Shown here: positions 15,041-29,454 of the stretch, piece after piece
How positions within the stretch are numbered: position 1 is the stretch's first letter
How the letters are laid out: every line of letters begins with the position of its first letter
From: the human T2T-CHM13v2.0 reference genome, Homo sapiens
Reading direction: 5' to 3' (one strand)
Assembly (NCBI RefSeq): GCF_009914755.1
Contig: NC_060930.1
Length of the DNA stretch: 64,000 nt
Made by a program: the position numbers and the translations under genes
The notes under the pieces: model-generated
The model's input: only the letters and a program-made list of their open reading frames with translations
Database searches by the model: none
What the model was told of the DNA's origin: nothing

Positions 15041-17071
15041 TTATATATATAAATACTTCTGCACTATAAAAAGATGAGTCTAGAGCAGGAACACAAAAGC
15101 AAGTATATAATCATAAAAATGAAGTAAGGCAGATCTACTTAGACCGCCTTTCTCAAAGTAATTGACACAGATGCCCTGTGCTCTAACACAGTATAATTAA
15201 TGTGTATCACTCTTAAAGGGCCACATTGCCTGCCTGTACCATGAAGCATCTTTAGAGTTGGCACTGTACAGTCATTAATTACATGAGCCCCTGAGTTAGG
15301 TATCATTATCCCTGCTTTGCAAACAAGGAAAATCAAGGGTGTTGGTGCCTAGACTCTAAGCAGTGTGTGGCTGGGCTCAATAAAGAATCCTGGAATTTCT
15401 GACTCTTAGCCTGAACTTGGGTTTTTTGCACTGTGGAGTCAATACATCATTGAAGACAACCAAGTGGAAATAACCCAAATACACATTGTTCTTGCAGTAT
15501 TTCAGCCCCACCCTTGTAATTTTCTACATGAAAGGAGACTGCTGTCTGTTTGGCATGTTTGAGGGCTGGAGGAGATGGACTGTGGAGCTCAATGAGGAGG
15601 ATGGCATGGTGAAATGGAAGGGAAATTCATTGCATGATTTCTGGTCTTTAGAAAGGCTACCCAAGCTTGGTTTCTTGAGAATGATTCTAGTCTGCAGGCT
15701 GACCATGCAACTTGGCCTTCCCTTCCAGGATGCTCCTGGTAAATCTCAGAAGAAAAGAGCAGACAAGTTTTATCTGTAAAGGAAGTACTCCAGCACAAGG
15801 ATGTGAAGATCTATGAAAATAGAGCACATGTACACCAATGTGTGGGTCTTCTTTGCAAGCATTTCAGAGGCAGCTGCCTAGTCTGCTGATAGCTAATGCT
15901 GGTCTGGTTTCTCCTATTCGGGATCATATCTATTTTAGTCTCCTCTATAAATTATTCAAATGAGCCCAGAAGCCTTTCTGTATCAGATGGGTAAAGAAGT
16001 GGCTGGGGATTAATTTCTGAAACATTACCCTCCAAGAAGAATACTTTTAGGACAGTGCTTGGTACAATTTTTTAAGTACAAGTTACTCTCCCAAGCAGGC
16101 TGCAGCACTAACAACAAGGTGACAGGTGGAGTGTGGGTCATCCTGGAAGTGACGTGGCAGCCTCTGGGCTATGTCAGTTCTCCAGGCCTCCCCACCCCTA
16201 CCCCCCAGCCCCACTCCAAAGGGTGTTTTAGCTCTATTAAGCATTCTTTATGCCAGACAGTTAAAAAAAAAAAAAGAAGAAGAAAATTAAGAGTCTTATT
16301 TATTGGCATACTATAGACAAAAAGGAAAAGATAGAATATTTTACCCCCTATCTCTCATCTTTGGTCTTATTTAGGGAGATAAGTTTAATAGTAACTATGG
16401 AAACATTTCTTTCAACAGATTGAGCTGACCAGTAAAAACTTCACTGATTGAGATATATTTTTCAGCAAAACATACTTACTCTCTGAGCGTTATGCATATG
16501 AATATGGCTTTAGCTTCCCTTTTGCAGAGAGAAAAATATCACAGTATCCTATTAAAATTTTTGCAAATATAAACTGTTTCTGCTTTATGTTTTTAATCAG
16601 AAGTAGAATTTAGAAAAATAAATTTCATATAGTATTTTTTCTTCACAAAGCTATTAGAGTAGGAACTGATTTGGTTGAATTTTTTTCCTAAGTTAAATCT
16701 GAGACTCTCATGAACACAAAGTGTATGTTTTTCATGGAAATATAAATTAAATATTTTGGAGAATTGGATGTCTATAGATAAAGTATAACACTTGGCTGTC
16801 TAGAACCTTGGGAAATGAGTTATTCAAAACAACTGAGTTTTATAGATGACATAGTGTTTATCTTGATAGGTTAAACACTTTAAAATGTTTACCATTTTGA
16901 ATAAAAACTATCTAAAGATGTGTTTGTTTATTTTTCTATTTTTTAAAAAACAGTACACTAAACATTTTTTAGCTTTTTCTTGATGATTCATGATCATTAT
17001 TATTATTATAGAAAAAGCTTTTTATGGAATTATAGTAATGTTTATTGAGAGCTTATTGAAAAGTATATTCT

Positions 17072-17445
<374 letters not shown>

Positions 17446-18668
17446 CTAAAGTTTCTCTCTTGTTACCTGTCATTTCTTACTTTTGTCAGCACGTACCTTT
17501 TCAAATCTTGAGGTTGTGATTAGTATTGTGTTTAGAAATTAGCTAACAGTGCTCATTAGATTGTTCTATAAAGGAGGAATAAAATGGGCTTGGAGTGAGG
17601 CCAAGATGCCCTCTCCAATTTTAACTATTCTTTTTCTTCTTAATTATTATAGAAACTTTAAAACATACACAAAATAGAGAGAATAGAATATAAACCACCA
17701 CCCCACTCCACTTGACTTTCCACATCATCCAGTTTCAACAGCTACCAACTTCTGGGCAATCCTGTTTCCTCTCTACCTTCCCAACTCTTTCATCCCACAT
17801 CACTCCATAATTGGATTAAAAGCCAGTTCTAGCATCGGTATGAACTCATGTTTAATTTAATGTAGATACAGATAGTTACATATAGAAATATTGAGATATA
17901 TTGGTCTATACAGTGGTTAGTATACACAGATATATTTCCTTGCTCCCTCAGCTGAGAGGGCCTAGAAACAGTGATACTCTTAAAGAGAGAACCAGGCGAT
18001 GGACACAACACAGTGAATCAAAAAGACAGGAGACAACAGGGGGGCAAAAGACATTATACACTATAGAGAGAATGCCACTAACAATATTCTGTGCCCCAGG
18101 GATGTTAACCACTGACCTAGATGATCTGTTTTGCCATTCCTTTCTTGAATGGCAAGAATTTTAAATACGGTAATATTCCTGATCTACTCTTAATGCCAAC
18201 TCTAAACTATGAGGATAAGAGTAAGTCTTCTTTCTCAATTGTTTTCTTACTTCTGTGGCACATGACATAATTTTCTGGACATGTAATTTCAAGACATGTT
18301 GGTCTGTTGTCATCTGAGCTAACCATGAAATAGACTTGTCCTACATAAACTGAGATAAACATGTATTTACTTACTCACCGGAATCCAGTGCATAGAGTTT
18401 ACATATGATTATGTCTTTATAAGAAGAACACTACTTGCTTAGGTTGGAGAATATGACTACATTTGCCAAACTATGGCAAACTAAACTATGACTCAGAAGC
18501 TAACTTAGAGTAGGATTGGAAAAACAAAAGAAACTATCTTGTTGATTACACAATGTATCTGTAGTCCTTTTACAAAACTGTATGTTCAGATATTGTCAAC
18601 ACTGACTGTTACACTTTTGCCAGTGTGTTTTTACTATAAACCATCTTGCTGTTAAAATGTCAGCATTT

Positions 18669-18820
18669 TGCTGGGCATGGTGGTGTGTGCTATTCAGGAG
18701 GCTGAGATGGGAGGATGGCTTGAAGCCAAGAGTTCGAGGCTACAGTGAGCTATGATCATGTGCTTACACCTCAGCTTGCATGACAGAGAAAGACCTGGTC
18801 TCTAAAATATAATAATAATA
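18669..18820 (+). mobile_element. Alu monomer (FLAM/FRAM-like)
   Basis: Diverged single Alu arm with (TAA)n tail. Confidence 0.7.
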
Positions 18821-21269
18821 ATCAGTATTTTGTTGGGAATTGTTATAGTGTATAATAACCTGCATATTTGTATAGTTATGTTTCTCCTTTTTATGTGCTT
18901 TCAGAAGAAACTTCTTTTAAAGGCTTAATTGATTTTTTAAGTCATAAAGGTTTTACTTTTTATTTAGTATTTTAAATATGGTAATTTATATGAAGAAGTG
19001 AAAAAGAGTAGATTCAATATCTCCCTTAGATCCACGCAAGAGTGTCTTCGCTTTTAAAAGGCCTATGTGTACTTCCGGTCTATCCCTCTGAGGGCAGAGG
19101 ATGATGTGTCTCTTAGGCAAGAGAGGTGACCAAGGGGAGGCTGTGTGCAGGGAATGTGTCCAGAGCTTGGATGTGCAAGCTGAGTTGTCCATGGGCAGGC
19201 GTAGGAGGTCACTTGTAGTGTGGAATGGAGACAAGGGAGGGCAGAGAAGGAGGCAAACCTGAGTTTCAGTTCATTCTGAAGGTAAATTTTTAAAGGCGAG
19301 AAATTAGAACACACTGAGTTTGTTAACTTGATTTGAAATTTTAAAATATTTAAACATATGGTATGTGAGCTTCCACTTATGTTCTTATTTCCCTTTTGCC
19401 ACCAATGTTGGGGGAAAACAGGTAGATTTTTTAAAAACAAAACAAAAAAGATTGGACTCACATGTTCCTAGTTTCTTAATTCTTTTAACCTTTTGATAAA
19501 TACTCTGTAACGTTGTCTTTGAATTTAACCATGAATTATAGGTGAAAGATTCTACCTAAAGATATATTCCATAAACTTTTAGGTTTTCAGAATAAATATA
19601 TAAAAATCACCCGAATGTTTCAAATGCCAGATCTTCAAGGAGAATATGGGGGAGGAGAGGGATAACTAAATAATCAGCTAACTGAAACTTACTTACTTAT
19701 TTATGTGTTTGAGCCACAGAGGGCAGATTTTTAGCCTAAGAAATGTCCCTTGCTCTAAATGAATGTATAAACCGAATGGGAGGGTAAGACAAATGTACAC
19801 GAAAAAGTTAAAACAGAACAGCAAATATGAAATCAGTGTTACCAGTGATAAATGCTTTAAGAGAAGGATTTCAGTAAGCTTAGGTAGTCAGGGAGGGCTC
19901 CTGGGCTGGGCTTTGCTGTGTGAATCAGAGTTGGATTGTCACAGGCAGATGAGGTGATATTTGGGAAGGAAAAGTCATGTGGGCAAAGATAAAGAGACAG
20001 GCAAGCACTACGTGTGTTTGGGGAACTGTGAACATACTAATTTAGTTAGAGTGGACGGTCTGTGCGGGTACATAAAAGCAGGATGACTTGAAAGATATAT
20101 AGTGCTGTCTCTGTTTAAGGCTTTGAGAGTCGGGGCTTTATCCTGAAGAAAGTGGATAGTCACTGAAGGTATCTGAGATACAGATGGTAGGATTAAATCT
20201 GTGATTTGGACAGAACAAACAAATGGCTTTGTTTAGATGAACTGGCAGAGGGAAACAAGAGGCAGGCAGACCAGGGGATTCCTGAGCTCATGGACCAGAG
20301 AAGAGGCCAAGGATCTGACATTTTAAAGAGATACACGTTTCCTCTGTCACAGAACTTAAAACTCCGTCTAGTGGTTTTCAGAGATATCACCAACAATTTC
20401 CACTGTGAACAAATGATAGATGATGAGACAGAATAGAATAGAAAATGAGTACCTGTGTAAGTAGGATAAAAAGTAATACACATTTACCATTTACCACATT
20501 CATATTTCATGTCCTCCTAGTGTTTGATGATGTTACTTCTCTAAATGAAGAAAGATAAGCCCCACCTAACTCATATGGAAGTAGATAAAGTATATTTCCA
20601 AAATTCAACCTGTGGAATATAATTATCTTAACCTTGTCCGTACAGAGCACAGGGACATGTCTTTAGCCCCAGGTAACAAGAACATGTTATTTTTAATATG
20701 AAGATGTCACACGGGTGGGGTGAGCAGCATGGTGGAGAAAGGCACTGGGCACTGGACAGTCTGTGAGTTTGTTCTCGGGATGATCCTTCTGACTGGCTCT
20801 AGGATCTGGGGCAACTCATTCACAGCCTCACTTAAGGAGATTAAATTCTATAAACGTCAAGGCCCTTTTCAGCTCTAACATTCTATAATTATATAAGTTA
20901 GATCTAACACCAAAAGACCATTTAATGGAATAGATTTCTAAATACACTTTGACTCATACTCTTTGGTTAAATTTCCTGGCAGCTATGACACTAAGGAATG
21001 ACACAGCTATAGGCTTATCTATGATTAATTGTGGGAAACTTGAGGTGGAGATTTTTTTAATGCTGATTTTGTATCAAGGTTATTCGGTCATTTGGTATGT
21101 GAATTATATTCCTCCTCCCCATGAATCACTATTAAAAATAGGTTAGCTTATAGATATAATTCAATAGATCATATTCTTTTTGTGAACTTTTTAGGAACTG
21201 CCCATGAGGGACATGAAGTAAGACCAGTTCCCAGTGTAGAACCACACACACCTTGGAAAAGACTAAGAA

Positions 21270-21500
21270 AGACTATGGCAAATTGGTTTAAAGCATAGAT
21301 TTTAAAGTCATATCTGCTCAGGTTCAAATCCTAGCACTGCCACTTGATAGCTGTGTGACCTTGGACTAGTTGCTAAACCTTGCTGTGCTTCAGTTTACTC
21401 ATCTACCTCATCAGGTCATTGTGAGGATACATGTGTTTATTACATGTAAAGTACTTAAAATACCACCTACCATAAGTATTTGGTATTGTTATTATTATTG
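21270..21500 (+). mobile_element. MIR
   Basis: MIR core ggttcaaatcctagcactgccacttgatagctgtgtgaccttgg. Confidence 0.7.
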
Positions 21501-23085
21501 GACCCCCAGAAAATATTTAGGAAGGCATCCTAGCATACAGAGCTGTAGGCATAATTATGTGAACCCAACATTTCTTTTTCAAGATCAGTTCAGCTGTTTT
21601 GGTGATGTGTTTTGGTATTCGTCCCATTGTAATTCCAAAGCCACAAAGATGACGTTGTTTTAATCATTGTTTCATCCTATTTGCATTTTACTAAAGATAA
21701 ATATATTAAATATTTAGTCTGTATGGGGTACATACTTTTAAGGAGGAATGTTCTACAGAAAAGTACAGAAAGAGGAGGTTTAGAGGCAGAAGAGGAAGTT
21801 TAGAGACATGAAGGAAGTGGTTCTTACGTTTGCTTTGTGCTTTCAGTAGATAGTTAATATCCATTTAAAGGATGTTTAGTGGGGGAAAATTCTGCTGGGA
21901 CTAAAATTTCATGCTTAGCTGAAGCAATGCATCAGGGTTTTTAAGTATAGTTTTATTCAGTCTACTTCATCTTAGTTAACAAACTGAGGTTGGTCTTCAG
22001 CCCATAGTTAATGAATTATCTATTACTATTTCAAATTAAACTTCATGTATTTGAGCCTTAGAAAACTCCTAGCAAAACATCTCTCTCTGAGTTACCCCTG
22101 GTGATCTGAGCTGTGACCAAATAGCCAAAGAAGAAAAAAAAGGAGACCCATGGACAACGGTTCCGTTCGTGGCCCCATACTCTTCTTTCAGACTCTTGCC
22201 CTGTTGGCAAATGACTTTCTACCCAGGTTTTCCTGAATTATCTCTCTGTTTCTCAGTCTGAGAAGGAACCATTTTTGTGGGGTTCATCAGAAGTGGGTGT
22301 GAAGGTTTTCTTCCTGTGTAAAGGATCTCACACCATGGAAAGATCTGGAGCACGGAGCTGTGACTGCTTTGGAGGCATGTGCCAAGGCGCCAGTTCCATT
22401 GCCACAGGGCAGAGAAAAGCTCAGCAGAAGTTCCTGTCCCTGTACAAAGGAGGAGGGCACGGCTGTTGTTCTCCCTGGCAAGGAGCCAAATGTCAGTACA
22501 AGTGCCAGACTGTGCCCCTAAGCTGGGATGTGAGTGGGTGAGATCAGCTAGGGGAGGGATGTTGGTTTCCACCACTGCTCCTTTGGGTTTGGAAGATTTC
22601 AGGATAATCCCTCGTATCCTTCAACCCTGTTGGGTTATATCCGCGCACCACATCAAAGCTGTTCAATAATGAGGGTGCACAAAAATTAAAAAGAAAATAA
22701 TGAGTGTGTATGTATTATCCTTTTGTTTGAAGATTAGATCTATCTTATCTCTTCTTGTAAACCTTAATTCCAATTATGTTTGTAATCAAAGCGAGTTAAG
22801 CTCTGGTTTGGGCTCAGACTGATGACAGCTACAATCTAGAAACTGATGCATATACTGAATTATAAAATCTTATGCTGAAAGTAATTGTCATGTGGGACAA
22901 TGCCTGAAGGTTTGGGTTGTTCCTCTTACACACCTGCTAAAGACAGTGTGACATTTGGCAGCACACAAATCAATGGAAAGTGTGTCCACATCGAAGGTAT
23001 TTTGTATCCCAACATACCATTTTTATACAACACATGTAAGTGCCACATACCTTCTACTTTGAAAACCAACCACAGAGCCATAGAT

Positions 23086-23429
23086 CAGGGGCCCCCGACC
23101 CCTGGACCATAGACCAATACCAGTCCATGACCTGTTAGGAACTGGGCTGCACAGCAGGAGGTGAGCGATGGGCATGCAAGCAAAGCTTCATCTGTATTTA
23201 CAGCCATTCCCCATCACTTGCATTACCACCGGAGCTCCACCTCCTGTCAGATCAGTGGCAGCATTAGATTCTCATAGGAGCACAAACCCTGTTGTGAACT
23301 GTGTGTGCAAGGGATCTAGATTGCATGCTCCTTAAGAGAATCTAATGTCTGATGATCTGCCACTGTCCATCACCCCCAGCTGGGACCGTCTAGTTGCAGG
23401 AAAAGAAACTCAGGGCTTCCACTGGTTCT
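23086..23429 (+). mobile_element. MER1A hAT-Charlie DNA transposon, 3' truncated
   Basis: caggggccccc start; ctcctgtcagatcagtggcagcattagattctcataggagc; ctagttgcaggaaaa. Confidence 0.8.
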
Positions 23430-24565
23430 GAGTGGAATTATACAATGTGTAGCTTTTTGCGTCTGGCTTCTTTCACTTAGTATAACATTTTCAAGGTTCT
23501 TCCATGTTGTAGCATGTATCAGTACTTTATTCCTTTTTATTGCCAAAAAATGCCACCTTTTATTCATTAGTTGATGAACATGCGGGTTGTTTCCATTTTT
23601 GACTGTTATGAATAATTCTGCTACGAACATTTATGTACAAGTTTTTGTATGGACATATATTTTCAATTCTCTTGAGTATACATTTAAGAATGGAATTTCT
23701 GGGTGTCTTAGCTTGGGCTGCTATGGCAAAATACCATAGGCTGAGTGGCTTATACAACAGATATTTATTTCTTACAGTCCCATCACAAGGGCACAACCCT
23801 CATGACCTATTCCAAACCTAATTACCTCCCAAAGGCCCCACCTCCAAACAGCATCCCACTGGGAGTTAAGCCTTCAATATAAGAATTTTGGAGTGACACA
23901 AACATTAGCTCATAAAACTGGATCGTATGGCAATTCTACATTTAACATTTTGAGAAATGGCCAAACTGTTTTCCAAAGCGACTGCATCATTTAACAATCC
24001 CACCAGTAATGTATAAGGGTTCCTTTTTCCCTACATCCTCACCAACACTCGTTGTCTTTTTTATTTTAGCCATCCTAGTGGGTGTGAAATAGTATCTCAT
24101 TGTGGTTTTGATTTGCATTTCTGTAATGATTAGGGATATTGAGCATCTTTTTATATGCTTGTTGGCTATTTGTATATCTTCTTTGGAGAAATGTCTATTG
24201 AAATTATTTGCTTATTTTTAATTAGGGTTATTTGTATTTTAATTGCTGAACTGTAAAAGTTCTGTATGCTAGACCCCTATCAGATATATGATTTGCAAAT
24301 ATTTTCCTCCATTCTGTGGATTCTCTTTGCATTTTCTTGAAAGTGTCCTTAGAAGCACAAAAGTTTTTAATTTAGATGAAATCTAACTTATCTATTTTTT
24401 TTTCAGGTTGGTTGTACTTTAGGTGTCATAAGAAGCCATTGTTAAATTCAAAGTCACAAAGATTAAAACTCTGTTTTCTTCTGTTTTATTTATAGTTTTA
24501 GCTCCTCCATTTAGGTCTCTGATCCATTTTGAGTTATTTTTTGTATGTGGGGTGAGATAGGGGCC
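23430..24565 (-). mobile_element. L1MB-type fragment interrupted by an MLT1A LTR
   Basis: L1 3' motifs (tagccatcctagtgggtgtgaaatagtatctcattgtggttttgatttgcatttc). Confidence 0.8.
23704..23917 (-). mobile_element. MLT1A-like LTR, internally deleted
   Basis: Both termini present, 5-bp TSD ctggg/ctgga. Confidence 0.7.
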
Positions 24566-24841
24566 ACCACCATTTTTGCTAGAAATACAGTCTGTTTCTC
24601 AGTGACATGATGCCAGGGGAGACATTAATTGCAGAACTGATTGTCAAGACTTAAGTATGAAGTTCATAAGCCCAGTGCTATGTGGTTCTGGTTAGGCACA
24701 GTATGATAGGGAAAAGTGATGCAGGCCATAAAAGTGATGCAGTATGATAGGGAAAAGTGATGCTGGCTGGCCCTGTGACTAAGTTAGGATTGCACACTGT
24801 AGCCTGAAGTTTAGAGGATTTGGATATTAAAAGAAATTGTG

Positions 24842-25734
<893 letters not shown>

Positions 25735-26499
25735 GAGACTCTGTCTTAAGAAAAGAAAAAATTGGCTGCTCCAATGGAGGTGAAAGTTTAGCTTACTGTC
25801 ATTCTGACAAACTAAATTTATAAAGAGAACAACTACCAAACCTTACCAGCCATAGAATTAAATCATGAGAGGTAGATAAGGTACACTTGCCACCCCATGC
25901 TGGTCTTCATGGTGACTGAGGTCTCAGCCCTTCCTTTCCCTAATCTCATCTGCATCTCCTCTCTCTGAAAGAGAGGGAGAAGCCCTCTCGATATCTTTAC
26001 CTTCTCTCCTGGAGACCCTCTGTTTGTTCTTCCGTCCCTCTCCACCCTTCTGCATCCTACTGTGTCCTAGATGGACTGCATCAACCAGTTCTCTCTCATT
26101 GATCGGCAGGCTTCCTGTTGGGGGTCAAACAAAGGGAAGTCCTGGCAGGAGATAAGAAAAAGGGAGGGAAATGAGGCTGGGGTATTCATACTCCTGGTTC
26201 CCTCCCTGTGGGGCCACTGAAGGCCGGCCTATCCCTCAGGCCCATCAGGGTCCTTGCAGCACAGCCCTCTCTGTACCTGTCCTGGGAGCTGCTCTCTCCC
26301 TGTCCTTCATGCCTGCCATTAGTCCTGGGATAGGATACTACTCATGGGGGTTCCCCAAGTCTTGTGCACACGTTTGCCCCTTTATTAGACTGTCATCAGA
26401 TCAACCCATTTCTGTACTTTCTTACTTACAGGACCTGACTGATACACGTTCTCTCCCAGTCAGGTATTTATGTGCGTGATACACTCCCAGGTTCCTGCT

Positions 26500-27321
<822 letters not shown>

Positions 27322-27817
27322 TTAATTGACATCTTGTAATTGTACATATTTATGGGGTATAATTTGATGTTTCAATGTATGCTGTATACTAATCAAATCA
27401 GAGTATTTAGCATATTCATCACCTCATGCATTTATCATTTCTTTGTGGTGAGAACATTCAAAAGCCTCTCTTCTAGCTATTTTGTAATATACAGTACCTT
27501 ACTGTTAACATCACCTTACTGTGATGTTATAGAAAATCAGAACTTACTCTTTCTATCTAATTGTCACTTTGTACCTGTTGACCAGCCTCTTCCCATTCAC
27601 CTCCAATCCTCCAATCTCTGTCAGCCACTGTTCTACTCTCTGCTTCTATGTTATCTACTCTTCTTTGTTTGTTTGTTTTAGATTCCCATATAAGTGAGGT
27701 CATGTGATATTTGTCCTGGCACTTGGCTTATTTCACTTAATATGATATCTTCTGGGTCCATCCATATTGCCTCAAATGACAGGATTTCATTCTTTTTATG
27801 CCTGCATAGTATTCCAT

Positions 27818-27858
<41 letters not shown>
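27818..27858. repeat. (TG)n(TA)n microsatellite
   Basis: Directly visible. Confidence 0.9.
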
Positions 27859-27859
<1 letters not shown>

Positions 27860-28753
27860 AAAACGTTTTCTTTATCTACTTATTTATTGTTGGACAATTG
27901 AATTGATTCCATATTTTGGCTGTTGTGAATAGTGCTACAATAAACATGGGAGTGCAGATACCAATTTCATTTCCTTTGGAATACATACCCAGCAATGGGA
28001 TTGCTGGATCATATGGTAGTTCTATTTTTAACTTTTTGAGGAATCTCTATATTGTTTTCCATAGTGGCTGTACTAATTTATAATCCCATCAACAGGGTGT
28101 AAGTGTTCCCTTTTCTCCACATTCTTGACAACACTTGTTTTCTTTTATCTTTTTGATGATAGCCATTCCAACTGGAATAAGGTGATAACTCATTGTGGTT
28201 TTGATTTCTATTTCTCTGATGAATAGCAATGTTGAACATTTTTTCATAAACCTGTTGGCCATTTGTATGTCTTCTTTTGAGAAATGCCTATTAAGGTCTT
28301 TTGCCCATTTTAAAATCAGGTGATTTGTTTATTGGTTGTTAAGTTTTGTATTTTACAAATCTTATTTAAAAAAATCTCTGCCCAGCCTGATGTAAAGCAT
28401 TTCCTCTACATTTTCTTCTAGTAGGTTCATAGTTTTGGGTTTTACATTTAAGTCTCTAATCCATTTTGAGTTGATTTTTGCATATTGTGAGAGGTAGGAA
28501 TCTAGTCTCATTTTTCTGTATGTGGCTGTTCAATTTTTCCAGCACCATTTATTGAAGAGACTTTTTCCAAATGTGTGTTCTTGTCACCTTTATTGAGAAT
28601 CAGTTGGCTATAAGTGCACAAATTTTGGGGGGGCACTATATTTTGTTCCATTGGTTTATGTGTCATTTTTTATGCCAATACCATGCTATTTTGTCTACCA
28701 TAGCCTTGTATTGTATTTTGAAGTCAGGTAGTGCGATGCCTCCAGCTTTGTTC

Positions 28754-29075
28754 TTTGTTTGTTTGTTTAGAGGCAAGGTGTCACTTTGCCACCCAGGCTA
28801 GAGTGCAGTAGCGTGATCATAGCTCCCTGTAGCCTCAAACTCTCAGGCTCAAGCAATCCTCCAGCCTCAGCCTCAAGCAATCCTCCAACCTCAGCCTCCC
28901 GAGTAACTGGAGCTATAGGCATGTGCCACCACACCCAGCTAATTTTTTTCTTTTTTGTAGAGACAGGGTCTTGCCATGTTGCCCAGGCTGGTCTCAAACT
29001 CCTGGCCTTGAGCAATCTTCCTGCCTTAGCCTCCCAAAGTCTGGGGATTACAGGTGTGAGCCACACCACCTGGCC
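28754..29075 (-). mobile_element. AluJ with internal ~24-bp tandem duplication
   Basis: tcaagcaatcctcca(g/a)cctcagcc occurs twice; TSD cagctttgt. Confidence 0.85.
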
Positions 29076-29159
29076 CAGCTTTGTCCTCCTTGCTCAGGAT
29101 TACTTTGGCTACTCAGGTTCTTTTGTGGTTCCATATGAATTGTAGAATTTTTTTTTTCT

Positions 29160-29454
29160 GGCTGGGTGTGGTGGCTCATAACTGTAATCCTAGAACTTTG
29201 GGAAGCCAAGACGGGAGGATCACTTGAGCCCTAGAGTTTGAGTCCAGCCTAGGCAATGTAGTGACATCCCATCTCTACAATATGGAAAAAAAAAATATTA
29301 GCTGGATGTGGTGGTATGTTCCTCTGGTTCCGGCCACTCAGGAGGCTGAGGTAGGAGGATTGCTTGAGACCAGCAGTTCAAGCCTGCAGTGAGCTATGAT
29401 GGAGCTACTGTACCCCAGCCTGGGCAAAAGAGCAAGACCCTATTTAAAAAAAAA
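29160..29454 (+). mobile_element. AluJ
   Basis: Diverged full Alu. Confidence 0.85.
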
